Shown here piece after piece: positions 1-11,115 of a DNA stretch of 32,000 bases. Below the pieces are notes generated by a model. That model had not been told where the DNA came from, searched no databases, and saw only the letters and a program-made list of their open reading frames with translations. This DNA comes from Zygophlyctis sp. KS116 (taxonomy: Eukaryota; Fungi; Chytridiomycota), in the NCBI GenBank assembly GCA_054661495.1, contig BAAFSQ010000065.1, positions 1 to 32,000 of the forward strand, in the 5' to 3' direction. Position numbers and translations under genes: made by a program. Each line of letters begins with the position of its first letter. The first letter of the stretch is position 1.

Positions 1-301
1 ATTATTTGATCTCATTTTAGAGGAATTAATAAAGGATATAAATTGAAATACATTGGCCTTTATTTTCTGATCTAAAATACTATTATTATTTTTACGAGCT
101 AACAATAAACAAAGCAAATAACAGGATATAAGAAAAAAGATACTGCAAATCTTTCCTTTTTATGAAACTGACAAAACTTATGAAAATTTTCTGATTCGCA
201 CCAGAAAGAATAATTGAAAATCCACTAAATCTAGAATTATCTCACTTCTATTTAAATCTATTGCCATTTTCGAAAATTAAAATTCCACCTTTATTAAACT
301 C

Positions 302-979
302 TTATCCTAATATTTTGTGAAATTCTTTAGCCAGTAAAGTAGCAGAGGCTGGATTTTGAGCAGTCAATAATTTCCCATCGACAACAACATGAGGCTGCCA
401 CATTCCATTTTTCTGATACGTGCCACCATTGGCTTTCAACACATCTTCCAATAAGAATGGAACTTGATTAGTCAAACCAACTCCTTCTTCTTCATCATTA
501 CTGAATCCAGTAACTTTTTTTCCATTTACCAAAAAAGATCCATTTGAAAGCTTTACATTGGCAATTGCAGCAGGACCATGACAGAGAGCCGCAACTGGCT
601 TTCCCTGCTCCCAAATTTTTTTGCAGATTTCTTGAGAATCCAAATCTTTTGCCAAATCAAACATTGGACCATGACCTCCAGGATAGAAAAGTCCATCAAA
701 TTCTTGATTAATTACTTGGCTCAACTTTTTAGTATTTGCGAGCCCGTCTTGGGCTTTTTTGTCCTCTAAAAATGCTTTTACCTCCTCATCGTTACCTGGA
801 TCAAGAGATTGGGGATCAATAGGCGCTGGTCCACCTTTAGGACTAGCAAAAACCAAGTTATAATTCTTCTTCAACTCATTATAAGGATGAGCTATTTCAG
901 ACAACCAGGAGCCAGTCTTTTTGCCAGTGGAACCAAGTTCAGTATGCGATGTAACGATAAACAACACGTTCTTTGACAT
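302..979 (-). CDS. DJ-1/PfpI family (Hsp31-like, class I glutamine amidotransferase-like) glyoxalase III/chaperone, 225 aa, intronless
   Basis: Single ORF with family motifs VTSH..G..G..TG.W..E..HP, ASPKGG, FYPGGHGP.FDL, nucleophile elbow LCHGP, VTGFSN.EE and TAQNPASA. Confidence 0.93.
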   Translation of the reverse strand: MSKNVLFIVTSHTELGSTGKKTGSWLSEIAHPYNELKKNYNLVFASPKGGPAPIDPQSLDPGNDEEVKAFLEDKKAQDGLANTKKLSQVINQEFDGLFYPGGHGPMFDLAKDLDSQEICKKIWEQGKPVAALCHGPAAIANVKLSNGSFLVNGKKVTGFSNDEEEGVGLTNQVPFLLEDVLKANGGTYQKNGMWQPHVVVDGKLLTAQNPASATLLAKEFHKILG

Positions 980-1074
980 TGTTTTCTACTGCGGTTGGTT
1001 AGGTAGTCCACGGCTCTACTTAAGATTAATCCTAGGGTCGTTAAAACTAACCGCAAAAGCTTCCAATTAACAGA
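980..1074. promoter_or_regulatory. 95-bp divergent spacer (DJ-1 / EPG5) with an 11-bp imperfect inverted repeat
   Basis: Lies between two head-to-head ATGs. TGCGGTTGGTT (990-1000) and AACTAACCGCA (1045-1055) are complementary at 10/11 positions. Confidence 0.6.
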
Positions 1075-4000
1075 ATGGAGATTTCACTGAAAAGGTACTC
1101 AAACAACTTTTGTGCTTATGATAGGCCCAAGAAGAATAAGGAAAAGTCCCAGAAAGAAAATGTCCAGGAATTAAATACAACGGAAGAAATTCAAGAAATT
1201 CAAACAAAATCTACTGAAAGAGAAATTACAATTGAAAATGCGAATAATGAAAGAGAGGAATATAGAGAATTTATATCAAAATTAGAGTATAAGAATCAAA
1301 CGCCAGCATTAAATTCAGATGTAATACTTTGGCCTACTCTTACTGATTCTCTGTTGGAAAAATCTGAATTCGCATCTCTCACATTTACGCAGGATGAATC
1401 AAATGAAATTCATTTAGAAGAAACTAGTCCGGTTAAAATTGAGGCGATCAAGGAGGAAGATTTAGAGCGGCTGACAGGACAGTCTCTTTCTGAAAAACAT
1501 TTGGAAACTTTTCTTAAATTTACTAGTTTTATAAAGCGGATAAAGGATGATCACCTTTACGCTAGACTATTAGAGTATAAAGAATGCTTTTACAAAGGGC
1601 AAGTTCTGACAATTAAATTGGAAATTTTAAAAGATTCTTGCAACCAATTGATTGAAAAATGTTGGAATTTGGTTAGCAAACCTGGGAGATTTGATCAGGA
1701 ATGCGGTGATGGGAGGCTTTTAACATGTTTTACCACTATAGACTCTGCAATATTTAATCAATCCAAGGCAGATGAATTGCTTGAAGTAAATAATCAGGTT
1801 TTGGAAATGACAAAAGATCTACAATTCAATGAATACCTTTTGAATTTATCAAAATTGTATGTACAAAATTATTTGGACGTTTTTCTGCAAGATTTTCTCG
1901 AGCTCTTGCTTTCTTTTTCTACGTTAAAAGATAAGATGGATGGATGGGATTCCTTCCAGATGATTGGTATTACAATTTCTTACTCATAATAGTGGCTGTC
2001 TTATTTGACTTTTTGAAGCTTGAAAATATTGACAAAGATCTTTCGCAGAATAATGCTTTCATAAATGATTGTAAAACATGGCTGTCACATGTTATCGCCT
2101 GTCTCATAGGCTCTTTTTCATTTAATGATTCAAGAATGGTCTTATTACACGTTCTTAGGACAAAAGGAATAGGAAGCTGGGGTCTATTTTTTATTCAATG
2201 GAATGATTCTTATGGTTGGGATGAAGATACACTTGAACACTATCTTATATCTCTCACTTGCCTTCTTTCCCCAATCGAGGAACTTGAATCACGAATTAAA
2301 TCAAAGTTGGAATCTATCGCATATTTAGAGGATCAACTCAAAATGCTGGAACGCGAAGACTGGATTGTTGTCCATGATGATGATCTTCCATCTGAAGCAG
2401 CTTTGAAAAGATCAAATTCTAGAATTTCTCTAAAATCGATCATTATGCTAGAAATTGATTATCTTGGATTACTTGCTCAGTTTAAGCTTAAAACCATCTT
2501 TGAGACTTTATGTTCCAAAGAAAACCAAGGAGATGGTAACTCTAACTTGAAATTGATATCTGTTGGGCACCATTTATCCCTAATATTGATCAGGGGCATT
2601 CACATAATTCCCAAGGATTATCTTGAAGTTATAAGACATCTGGGGGATAACATTGTATTCATAGCAAAGTGTTTAGGAGAGTATCTGGACACTTTTGGGG
2701 AAGATATTATGAACATTTTGATTTCAAAAGAGCTACAGTCTACGATGGCAATTGAGTTGGATGCATTCATCGAAAGGATATTTTTGCGGCTTTCGAAGAT
2801 AAAAGGCAAGCCAGTTTGGGAGACTATTTCATTGTTACCATTCGATAAATGCACATCAGCCGGCAAAAATCGAATAGCAGAATCTATGATATCATTGTTA
2901 AATGCTGACGTTTCTCAACCGGATTCACAGGCTGCCTTCATCTGCAATATGGTCACAAACTTGTTTCTCACTAGCTCACGCCCGAATCCAAATACATCTG
3001 CCAATTCTTTGCTGGACTGGGATTACATCAACCCAGAAGTAGTCCGAAGAATTTTTCAATTAACTTTTGTTTTTGAACAGACTCGATCTGCATTTGCAAA
3101 ATTTGGTCAGAGATGTATATATGATATATCGTATCATCAAAGTTATATTTTATCATTTATTTTGGGATGGATTCGGGATGACTGCCAAGTTCTAGAAGAT
3201 AACACCATAAAGGATTTCTGTTCTAAACTCAATTGGACTAATTTTCGTGCAAAAAATGCAGATTTGGCGCTTCTACAAAGTATGCTTCGAGATCCTGAAA
3301 ATTCATTAAAAGCTCAAATTGCAATGCAGATATTAGATTGTCTGAATTGGGGTTATTCCACTGAAGGCAGTGGCTTAGTGTTTATACCCAGATATCTGCA
3401 TCGTGAAATTGGTATATTTTGAACTTTTACTAAATCGAAAGCTATAATGGTTAGTAATCTATATCTGGACAGATTGGTTCGTTTTGAATCTGAATCGATT
3501 GTCTCATCTGTGACAGCTACGGTTGAAAAAACACTTCAAAGTTCGCTAGGCTTAAAGTCTAACGGTATAACTAAATTCAATGACTGGATATGGTATATTT
3601 TTTTTCTTATTATTAAGGAAATTCATTTGTAGACTTCAACTGTACCAAAAACCCTCATCTTCTGATATGTATTCTGCTGATTCTTTAGACGGATTTTCTA
3701 GGCCCTTCCTAGCCTTGGAATCAACTGCATTATTATCTCTGCGCAGTACAATGCATTCTGAACCACTTTCGGCGTATGTTTTGCTGATGGTATCAGATAT
3801 CGGCCATCACATCCATCAATTCAGATTGCATGCATTAAATCTACTTTCTCTCTTAAGCAATAAAGGAAAACTGGCTGCTATTTTGCTTGTATTTTGCTAC
3901 ATGCTGCCTACATTTTCCTTAGATACACAGTTCTATGAAGATAAACGTTTTATTAAAGTCGTATATGCAATATTTGATAGCAATCAGTCTCCAGAACCGC

Positions 4001-7000
4001 GATATAATTTAAAAGATATCTTTTCAGCATATATTCAACCTTTAAAGAAGTCTCAAAGGGAGGAAATTATGTTTGCCATTGATTTTTGGCATCGAATTAT
4101 TCTTTCGTTACCAAATTATAATGGCTTAGGATCATATGTTTTGAATGCGATCAGTCAGATGTGCTTTGATGTTGGAATGTCATCAGAGTGCCAAGAGTCA
4201 TTGTCTTCTATATTTAAAAGAAAGATAAATGAATATAGCCAATCAATCGAAGGCGAAAATATCTCAATATCAAATCCCATCACTTCTATTTATTCCTTGA
4301 AGGCTTATCTCACTAGGAAATATCCCCAATTGGTGGCACCGATTGATCTAGATTGTGATGATAGAGCATGGTTTGCACTCGATGGATTTATTGCCGAAGT
4401 TCGAACTACTTTCAAAGACCGGCAATTCATTGGTAATGAATTATTTGATAGTGACAGTCAAAGCAAAATATCTTTTTCAGGAGAGATTAACGCCGGTTCA
4501 CTTTTTCGACTGGCAAAAGAAATTTCTAGTCTAGAACCGAATCACGGATTAGCCCCAATATATCTTGAATTATTCTTTTCATTATACTTTGAAAGCGTAA
4601 CTAAAAACTCAAAAACTAAAATTTTTGGTTATAAAGTGTTGATGGATTCAAAAACTTTCTGCGTAGAAATGATCAGAACTTTTATCAAAAAATCTATCAG
4701 AAAAGTAGACGAGGAACAATCATTCCGCCAAACTTATCTCAAAAATGCATACAACGCTTTTTCACTATGGTTAAGTGATATTTCTTTACTGACTGATGGT
4801 ATAAATTCTGCCACGATAAAAGAAGAATATTTGTTGGGAAAATTTGAAGATTGCATCAGAGGCAATATCTTAAAATCGGGTAAATCTTCTTGGAATGATA
4901 TTATTATGCCCTTGATCTCTGTAAATAGTAGCACTAGCTCTCGAAAACCGCCCGATCCGTTTTTTGAAGAAGTACAGAGCCATCAATTGATCCCTTTGCA
5001 CATATCCAAATCAGTACCAATCATTCCCCTTCGTACCCCATTGTTTCTCAAATCCAATATTAGCCTAGAAAAGGCTCGTAGTATCGTAGCTGTTGCATTG
5101 AACAATTTATCAGCAAAAGCCAGTGAATTCGAATCGACCGAAAATAATTTAAAGACGCTTGAATTAGAATACATTGATAAACTGAAATTAGTTTACACAA
5201 GCTCTTCAATAAGAAACAGGACCCAAAAGGTGTGTGGTAAAGATTGCAAATCACCCGCAATTTTTGATTATATTACTTATAAAATAATGGCTGTATCTGA
5301 GATTAAGCTTCTGCTTTTGGATAATCGCTCTAATAAGGAGGCTTTACTGAATCTCGATTCTTCGGACTCGAAGATGTATGTAATGGGACTTGAAATAATT
5401 TTAATGCTGGAATGGCTTGAAAAGGTTTCAACTTCAAATAATCTGGATGAGTCAATTGGTTGCAATATTTTTTTTGGTGTATTGGAGGCATTGATAGGGG
5501 ACCGTAAGTTGGGTCTTTTTCATATTTCAAAATACATTTTGAAAAGAATTATGTCTGGGTTCGGTCAGCGTTTCATTTCTAAAGGTTCAGAGGTAAACGC
5601 AAAATTATGGAGAATGATGACTATTCCATTGGTTGTAGAGATGGCAGGCGACATTTTTCATCCCAATGTTTCCCATAATCATTTTAGATTGTTCTTTGTA
5701 GATCTTGCTTCTCGCTTCGATAGCCTAGGAGACCATTTGACTTCAACAATTTTAAGCAAGTTTGAAGTTCTTAATTGGCTGGAGGAAAGTAACTTACCTG
5801 ATGAAATATATGAGTTATTTAAAAGCATTATCAACTGGCCAATCGCATTAGAAAAAGGTCCAAAGTCTTTTTCAGCGAATCGAAAACTATTAGGCGACTT
5901 ATTGTTGCATCAGCGATTCATACCAATGGTCCCGGATGCAGTCAGTTTATGCCTTTCAAAGGTTGTTTACGATAAGCTCTCCTTTATAACTCTTCTTGAT
6001 ACAACAAATGCTCTTTTCAAAGTCGAGCCGGAACATTGGCAATCATACCTGGACGGTTTAGATTTACTAGAAACTCATTTTGGTCGTGATGAATTAGTTC
6101 GTCTGATTGGCCAATTGCATACAGTTATCACCAATTCAGTCAAAAAGAAAGGTTTTTGTATGTTACATTTTTCTTCAAATATTCAAATATCGATTATAAG
6201 GCTTTTAGCTCTACTGTTTACTTCTCAAGAAATCTACTCAATGATGGTTAGCATATATTTTGAAGAATTATATTCTGTATTTTTTTCTTTGTATTCAGCC
6301 ATGATTGGAATCGTTCAAGAAGAAGGAATATGGAATTTTGTAGCTCCATGGCCCAAAAATAATTCGATCGGCACAAAATATATTTTCGAGCATCTTCATC
6401 AGATATTGGAGAAATTTTGTCGAAATGCTTCTCAAATTGCGAAATTACCAAAGTTTTATTGGGAACTGATTCTTATTATCCAAACTATGAATCTACCAGA
6501 TGATGTTCAAGAGTGTTTGTTTTCTAACTTTGAATCTTTATCATGCTGGCCGCTTTTTGTTTTATCGCCCGTAGAAATAGCACAACTTGATTTATGGGTT
6601 TCGGAGAACAGGTTATCAGTCCCATTAACCAAATGTGTTTTTGTAATTTTACAAAACTGTGAGCTGAATTTAAACTCAAGTTTATCACAGAACTTGGATT
6701 TAATGACATGCTATGAAAATCTTCTTTTGGTTATAATTTATGTCACCAATCAAAGCCAGTTAGTTTATCAACATGACAATGATCGCTATAGTGTCTTGAA
6801 CAAGTTAAACACAAAGTTTTCGAATGTTTCGTGGTCAATACATATTTCAGCTGCAGGCGTTGATTCTTTGGTCAATCGATTGGAATTACTAAAATGGCAA
6901 ACAGCTTCAACTCAGATAAAAGATTGGAAAATCGATGCTGATCCTTTAGTATTTACAATTAATTTTCTTCAAATAGCCTTGGGTATTCAAAAAGGCACAT

Positions 7001-8108
7001 GCAGCATTGACTTTTATGCTGCGTATAAGCGATTTTTCTTTTCTATATTATCACTGTTTATTTCTCAGAATGATTCGTGGAATGAGGCCTTCTCAGAAGA
7101 AGATATTACGGAAATTGTTTTTGAGTTTTTAAATTTTGCAGAAGATTTACGACTTCAAAGAGCCTGCGATTCAATAGATTTGGGATTTTTCGGATTTAAG
7201 GAATTAACAGGAATCTTTAATAGAATGTCAAAAAATCATGATATGTATGTAAACATCTGGGATGGGTGTCAAAAAGCACTTTTCGCTTCTAAAATCCCTT
7301 TAGAATATTTATCTTGCAGTAGTACCTGCTTTGCATCAGGTAATTGGATTGTTATTTAAAAACAGTTGAATGTATGTCGCTATTTAACGAAAAATGTATT
7401 GATAGATTTCTTCAACTTCAAGATGGTCTGATAGATTGGAATATTCTTATTGATTTACTTGTAGTACCGCAGCTATCAATTGAGCAATATGTAAAATGTT
7501 GCTTGGATAATGCACTGCTTTTACAACTATTCATTTATTCTATACAAGAATTAAAGAATTCTACCCAACTGGAGGGTAAAATGTTTATAGGTGAACAGGT
7601 TGCTTCTTGGCTGATTGCATTCAAGCCTGAAAATCTAAATTATGGACACGAAGGTAAAATAGCACCTCTACTATACATTTTTGCATATCTTCTCTCATTG
7701 GAAATGAAACAAAAATCAGTCTCAAATTATTCTCGACTCCAGTCACTTGTACCTAATATTGCTAATTTTCTAATCAGTCTGGGAGAAGACCGAGCCTCTG
7801 GAGGCCTTTGGTCTACTTTGGGATTTGGACCAAAATCTAAATATTCTGTTGAATTTAGGTTTTTCTGTAGAGTCGTAGGCGCATTTATGGCGTCAAGAGT
7901 CTTAACATCTCAAGAAAGGAACAAACTAGTTGAATCAGTTGAATCACTCCATTCAAATTCAGATTATGAAGGATTATTATTGTATTTAGACCCTATTATG
8001 GATGATTATCTCCTTGCTGATGTCGACTTGACTGTTTTACCTGATCTTATCAAGCATGAAACCATGGCACTTTTTGAAGGATATTTTGTGGGGAACTTTG
8101 AGATCTGA
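1075..8108 (+). CDS. EPG5: Ectopic P granules protein 5 homolog (autophagosome-lysosome tether), ~2298 aa, 6 exons
   Basis: Five ORFs join through GT-AG introns 1095-1124, 1967-1992, 3412-3441, 3593-3617 and 7340-7365; spliced length 6897 nt = 2299 codons. The C-terminal LGEDRASGGLWSTLGFGPKSKYSVEFRFFCRVVGAFM is recognisably the EPG5 tail motif; ECGDG and CGKDCKSPA segments and the size also fit. Intron 1 is in-frame and stopless, so it is less certain. Confidence 0.88.
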
Positions 8109-8423
8109 TTATTGTGGCGGAAAGTTTTCTGGTGGAACTTGTCTTAGACCCCAAATCCCGACTGAACTTCTTTCTGCATACTTTTTCTTCTCATTCTCTG
8201 CATTGAAATTTTCTATTTTTTCCTAGAGTAAATTCAATTTTTTTACTTTTGCTTCATCCGCAGCCATTGTCTTTGTTGACAGACAAAACATGAATTTTTC
8301 CTTGAACCTTGAACAATCTTTCCATTCCCCAAATCTATAATAATTTTTTATTTGAGGCATTAGTGTGTAGCACAGCTGCATTTGATCAAATGCATCCCAC
8401 ACTGAGCACTTTTCATTCTCCAT
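8109..8423 (-). CDS. EMI1: Emi1/DUF3128 family small twin-Cys protein, 96 aa
   Basis: CS...AFD....C......KNYYRFGEWKDC.......FC motif. A 24-nt intron (8223-8246) leads to exon 2 EKIENFNAENEKKKYAERSSVGIWGLRQVPPENFPPQ*, which has the family SS..IW..R..P motif. Confidence 0.82.
8315..8350. repeat. 36-bp dispersed direct repeat, copy 1 (inside the EMI1 CDS)
   Basis: aatctttccattccccaaatctataataatttttta matches 11080-11115 at 32/36 positions. Confidence 0.85.
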
Positions 8424-8518
8424 GGGAACCTCTGACCTCGCCCAGGCAGGAAACTGTTACGTTCGGACATGACCAACTTTCGGACATGCAATCTGGAAGC
8501 TTTTCCATAAATTCATAA

Positions 8519-8704
8519 ATGGCAACAAGAGATGAGATCAGAGAATTGCTCAAGCCGATTGAAAATCAACTGAATGCTTTGCAAAAAAATATATTTGGTC
8601 TAATAGAAGATGTACTCAATTTAAAGGTGGATGCATCTGAATTGATGGCGGGTGTATGTGAATTGATGGCGGGCGTATCTTCAATGAGATTGTTATATAA
8701 TTAG
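8519..8704 (+). pseudogene. Short coiled-coil ORF; probable N-terminal half of an interrupted gene whose C-terminal half is 10501-10832
   Basis: ATG lies 95 bp from the EMI1 ATG, a typical divergent spacing in this window. The heptad-patterned sequence ends abruptly after GVSS and joins in frame to 10501. Confidence 0.45.
8638..8679 (+). repeat. 21-bp coding tandem repeat (heptads ELMAGVC / ELMAGVS)
   Basis: tgaattgatggcgggtgtatg / tgaattgatggcgggcgtatc (19/21), preceded by a degenerate third heptad NLKVDAS. Confidence 0.9.
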
Positions 8705-10500
8705 ATTTTAAATTTCTATAAAAATTCAATTTTTCTTTAAAAGCTCAAAATGAGCTTGTCAAGAAACATCGCTATTTCCGCTCAAGTGTGTCGTCAATGG
8801 CTCTCTCAAACTTTTGAAATCACTGAAAATCAACGTCAAGTCATGGATGTGTTTTTTCAGGATGCTGTGCAATTGCTAGTCAATCATCACGAAATCAATG
8901 AACAAGTCTTGACAGGGTTTTGTTTATATGAGATGATGAAAATCATTCCAGATAGATAATTCCATGCGGAGAAGAGAAACCATCTTCAATAGAGTCATCC
9001 ACGGAAATTTTTGAAAATCTGTCCTTGAACTTTTTTTCAAGAGCAGCAAAAGCTTTTACATTTGAAGGATGAACTTGTAATTTCTTTACCATGCTGAAAA
9101 TAATTTCAAGTCCAGACTTGAGGGAAGCTGCTTGAAATCCAAAAAAGGACAACACAGTATTGGAAATTTGCAAGACTTGGATGGATGGATGCAATGACTT
9201 CTTGATTTTTTTGGTCTTGAAGATTCAAACATTTTTGTACAAAGTCATGGAGGTTTGGGGACCCATCGAATCAAAATGAACAGATATAGGCATCAGCTAA
9301 GGTAGCGAATTGCATCGCAAACTTTCCAAGATTGATACACTGTTTAGGCATTTGATTTTTTCGAGTGGGAATATATCTGGGATTTATATCCCTGAATGAT
9401 TCTCACGCTCGCTGTGAGAAAATGATGTCTGATTATGAAATTGACAGAGCATTTAAACTTTCTAGACTTCTCACACAAACTTAAATCAATTGCTTCCACT
9501 TTCAAGTATTAAAGAAATGGACCTACATGAACTATTGAAAATTTCGCGAGCCCGTTGTCACTATTAACTTCCCAATCGATGATTGTATGGACTTGGATTC
9601 AAATGCTGACTGTGAAGGTAATTATTCTTTTCAAAAATTAAACAAACTAGAAGTTATGCCATCAGTCAACTTTGACTCGCAAGATTCTGCTGTGGATTTG
9701 ACCAATGATTCAATTTTATGTGATTCGCCACGTCGGTGCACCAAGACCAGGAGTTACCTCGAAGGAGCAATCGTCCCTGATGGGCAATTATTTGCAGGAG
9801 AAATCGTCACATTCAGTACTGAGAAACAAGTCAGATGCGACCTCTGTCTGAAACGCGACAAAAATGACCACAATCCCAAGAACAGTCCTAAGAACAATGC
9901 CGAGGTGAGTTTTACCCCACTATAGCACGCCACCCTTTTGGTGCTGCATTGGATTCTGAGCGAGATTTTTACTCATGATTAGGCATTAGAAAAGGATAAA
10001 TTAGCGTATGAAAGAGTTCCAATCTTGGACGAGCAGATTGCACGGCTGGAATCTGGACTTGATTCACCTGAAAAAACTCAAAAATTAGCCCAGCTATATA
10101 GACAGAGAGATGCTATTTTGAATGGAACCAAGAACGCTAAGGTCTCGTTTTATAATCAAGCTCTGCAACGACAATTACAAGAAGAAGCTGCCTTGGATGA
10201 ACTAGACAATCTTCTCCTGCATTCTGAAATCGAGGCCATTGTGGACATTTGTGATTTACAAGATTTGATGGACCCATCTGGCTCTTGTGTCTCTTACATT
10301 TATGCATGTGATGCCAATCGTGAAAAGGAAGAGGCAACTTGCTTTTTAACCAATAGAGGATACGGAAATGCCATTATGAATTTCAAGGTGTCAGATTTGG
10401 ACAATCAGTGGAAAAGAGCTATTCTTTATGAAGGCAACAATGCATTAAATGTGAATGCTGTGGAAAAGGCTTTTCAAAAAAGATATCAACATCTTCCTCA
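8685..10500 (+). mobile_element. Putative 1816-bp insertion of unknown class
   Basis: Begins TGAG and ends CTCA. Its removal restores an uninterrupted frame between two half-ORFs. The interior carries stop- and frameshift-damaged coding-like sequence. No clear target-site duplication and no recognisable transposase. Confidence 0.3.
8750..9586 (+). pseudogene. Degenerate coding-like sequence of unknown family
   Basis: A 69-aa ORF is followed by protein-like pieces broken by stops that cannot be removed with 23-33-nt introns, e.g. SLNDSHARCEKMMSDYEIDRAFKLSRLLTQT*...NY*KFREPVVTINFPIDDC, which runs in frame into the 9587 ORF. Confidence 0.4.
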
Positions 10501-10546
10501 AGGCACTCGTCAAACAGCACAATGCAACTCTTGGAATAGAAGATAA
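9587..10546 (+). CDS. Hypothetical protein or gene fragment with a degenerate zinc-knuckle-like motif and a helical region
   Basis: ORFs 9587-9925 and 9983-10546 are in the same frame and can be joined by a GT-AG intron at 9905-9982 (78 nt, atypical here). A possible 33-nt intron lies at 9618-9650. Contains RCDLCLKRDKNDHNPKNS. Confidence 0.4.
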
Positions 10547-10832
10547 ATTGCAAGCCGTTCCAAAGATAAGTGGAGAAATACCTAAATGTGAATTTCCCAA
10601 CAGTATATTAGAGCTATTGATTGCGGGGAATGAGAATCTCCCCAATGGCCAAAAAAATCCTTGGAACAAAACTAAGAGTAAAAATCTTCTAAAAGAATAT
10701 GGGGATGAGTACGAAACAGTAACTGAAAATGAGTATTCTCAACTCTCCAGAACAATGAGAATAAATATTGCAAGAAAATTGGGAGTTACTCAAGCTCAAC
10801 TAAATTTTGCACCGCTCTCTTTGAAGTTTTAG
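10501..10832 (+). pseudogene. C-terminal half of a small protein, reminiscent of Mug135-like C-terminal domain proteins
   Basis: HNA....L.AVP...GE.P...FP.S..EL ... LL.EYG ... R..IA..LG pattern. The frame starts inside the upstream ORF in a different phase. The family resemblance is from memory and weak. Confidence 0.4.
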
Positions 10833-11079
10833 AAGAAATTTTATTAGCAATACCCCTGCGTGATCTTATGTACTGCCCGTAGTTGACTGCTCTTATTTTT
10901 GATGTATTTTTGATGTCCGAATTTTTTAGATATCTTTCTAGAGAATAGTCTGTTTCTAAGAAGAAGAAATCCCTTCAACTCAACTTGTATTCCTCCAACG
11001 GTTAACTCACATTGCACAACGATAGAAGGATTTACTGCACATTATATTGTTGAATTCTGGAAAAGTAGTAAAATGCAAT

Positions 11080-11115
11080 AATATTTCCATTCTCCAAATC
11101 TGTAATAATATTTTA
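11080..11115. repeat. 36-bp dispersed direct repeat, copy 2 (EMI1-like fragment)
   Basis: aatatttccattctccaaatctgtaataatatttta. The minus strand reads KYYYRFGEWKY versus EMI1 KNYYRFGEWKD. Confidence 0.85.

Noticed and set aside
1-46. Possible 3' end of an upstream + strand gene (LFDLILEELIKDIN*)
   Set aside because: Only 14 codons at the window edge; not supportable.
8462-8488. TTCGGACATG direct repeat as a CRISPR-like or element terminal repeat
   Set aside because: Only two 10-bp copies in a promoter-sized spacer, with no array and no matching distal end.
8943-9194. Minus-strand 83-aa ORF in the accessory block
   Set aside because: No ATG at its start (TTG), upstream in-frame stops and no recognisable motif; it cannot be distinguished from an antisense shadow of decayed sequence.
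8677-10496. ATCTTC as a 6-bp target-site duplication of the putative insertion
   Set aside because: Excision using this repeat joins the two halves out of frame, so it is not a clean TSD. Helitron ends (TC...CTRR at an A/T site) are also absent.
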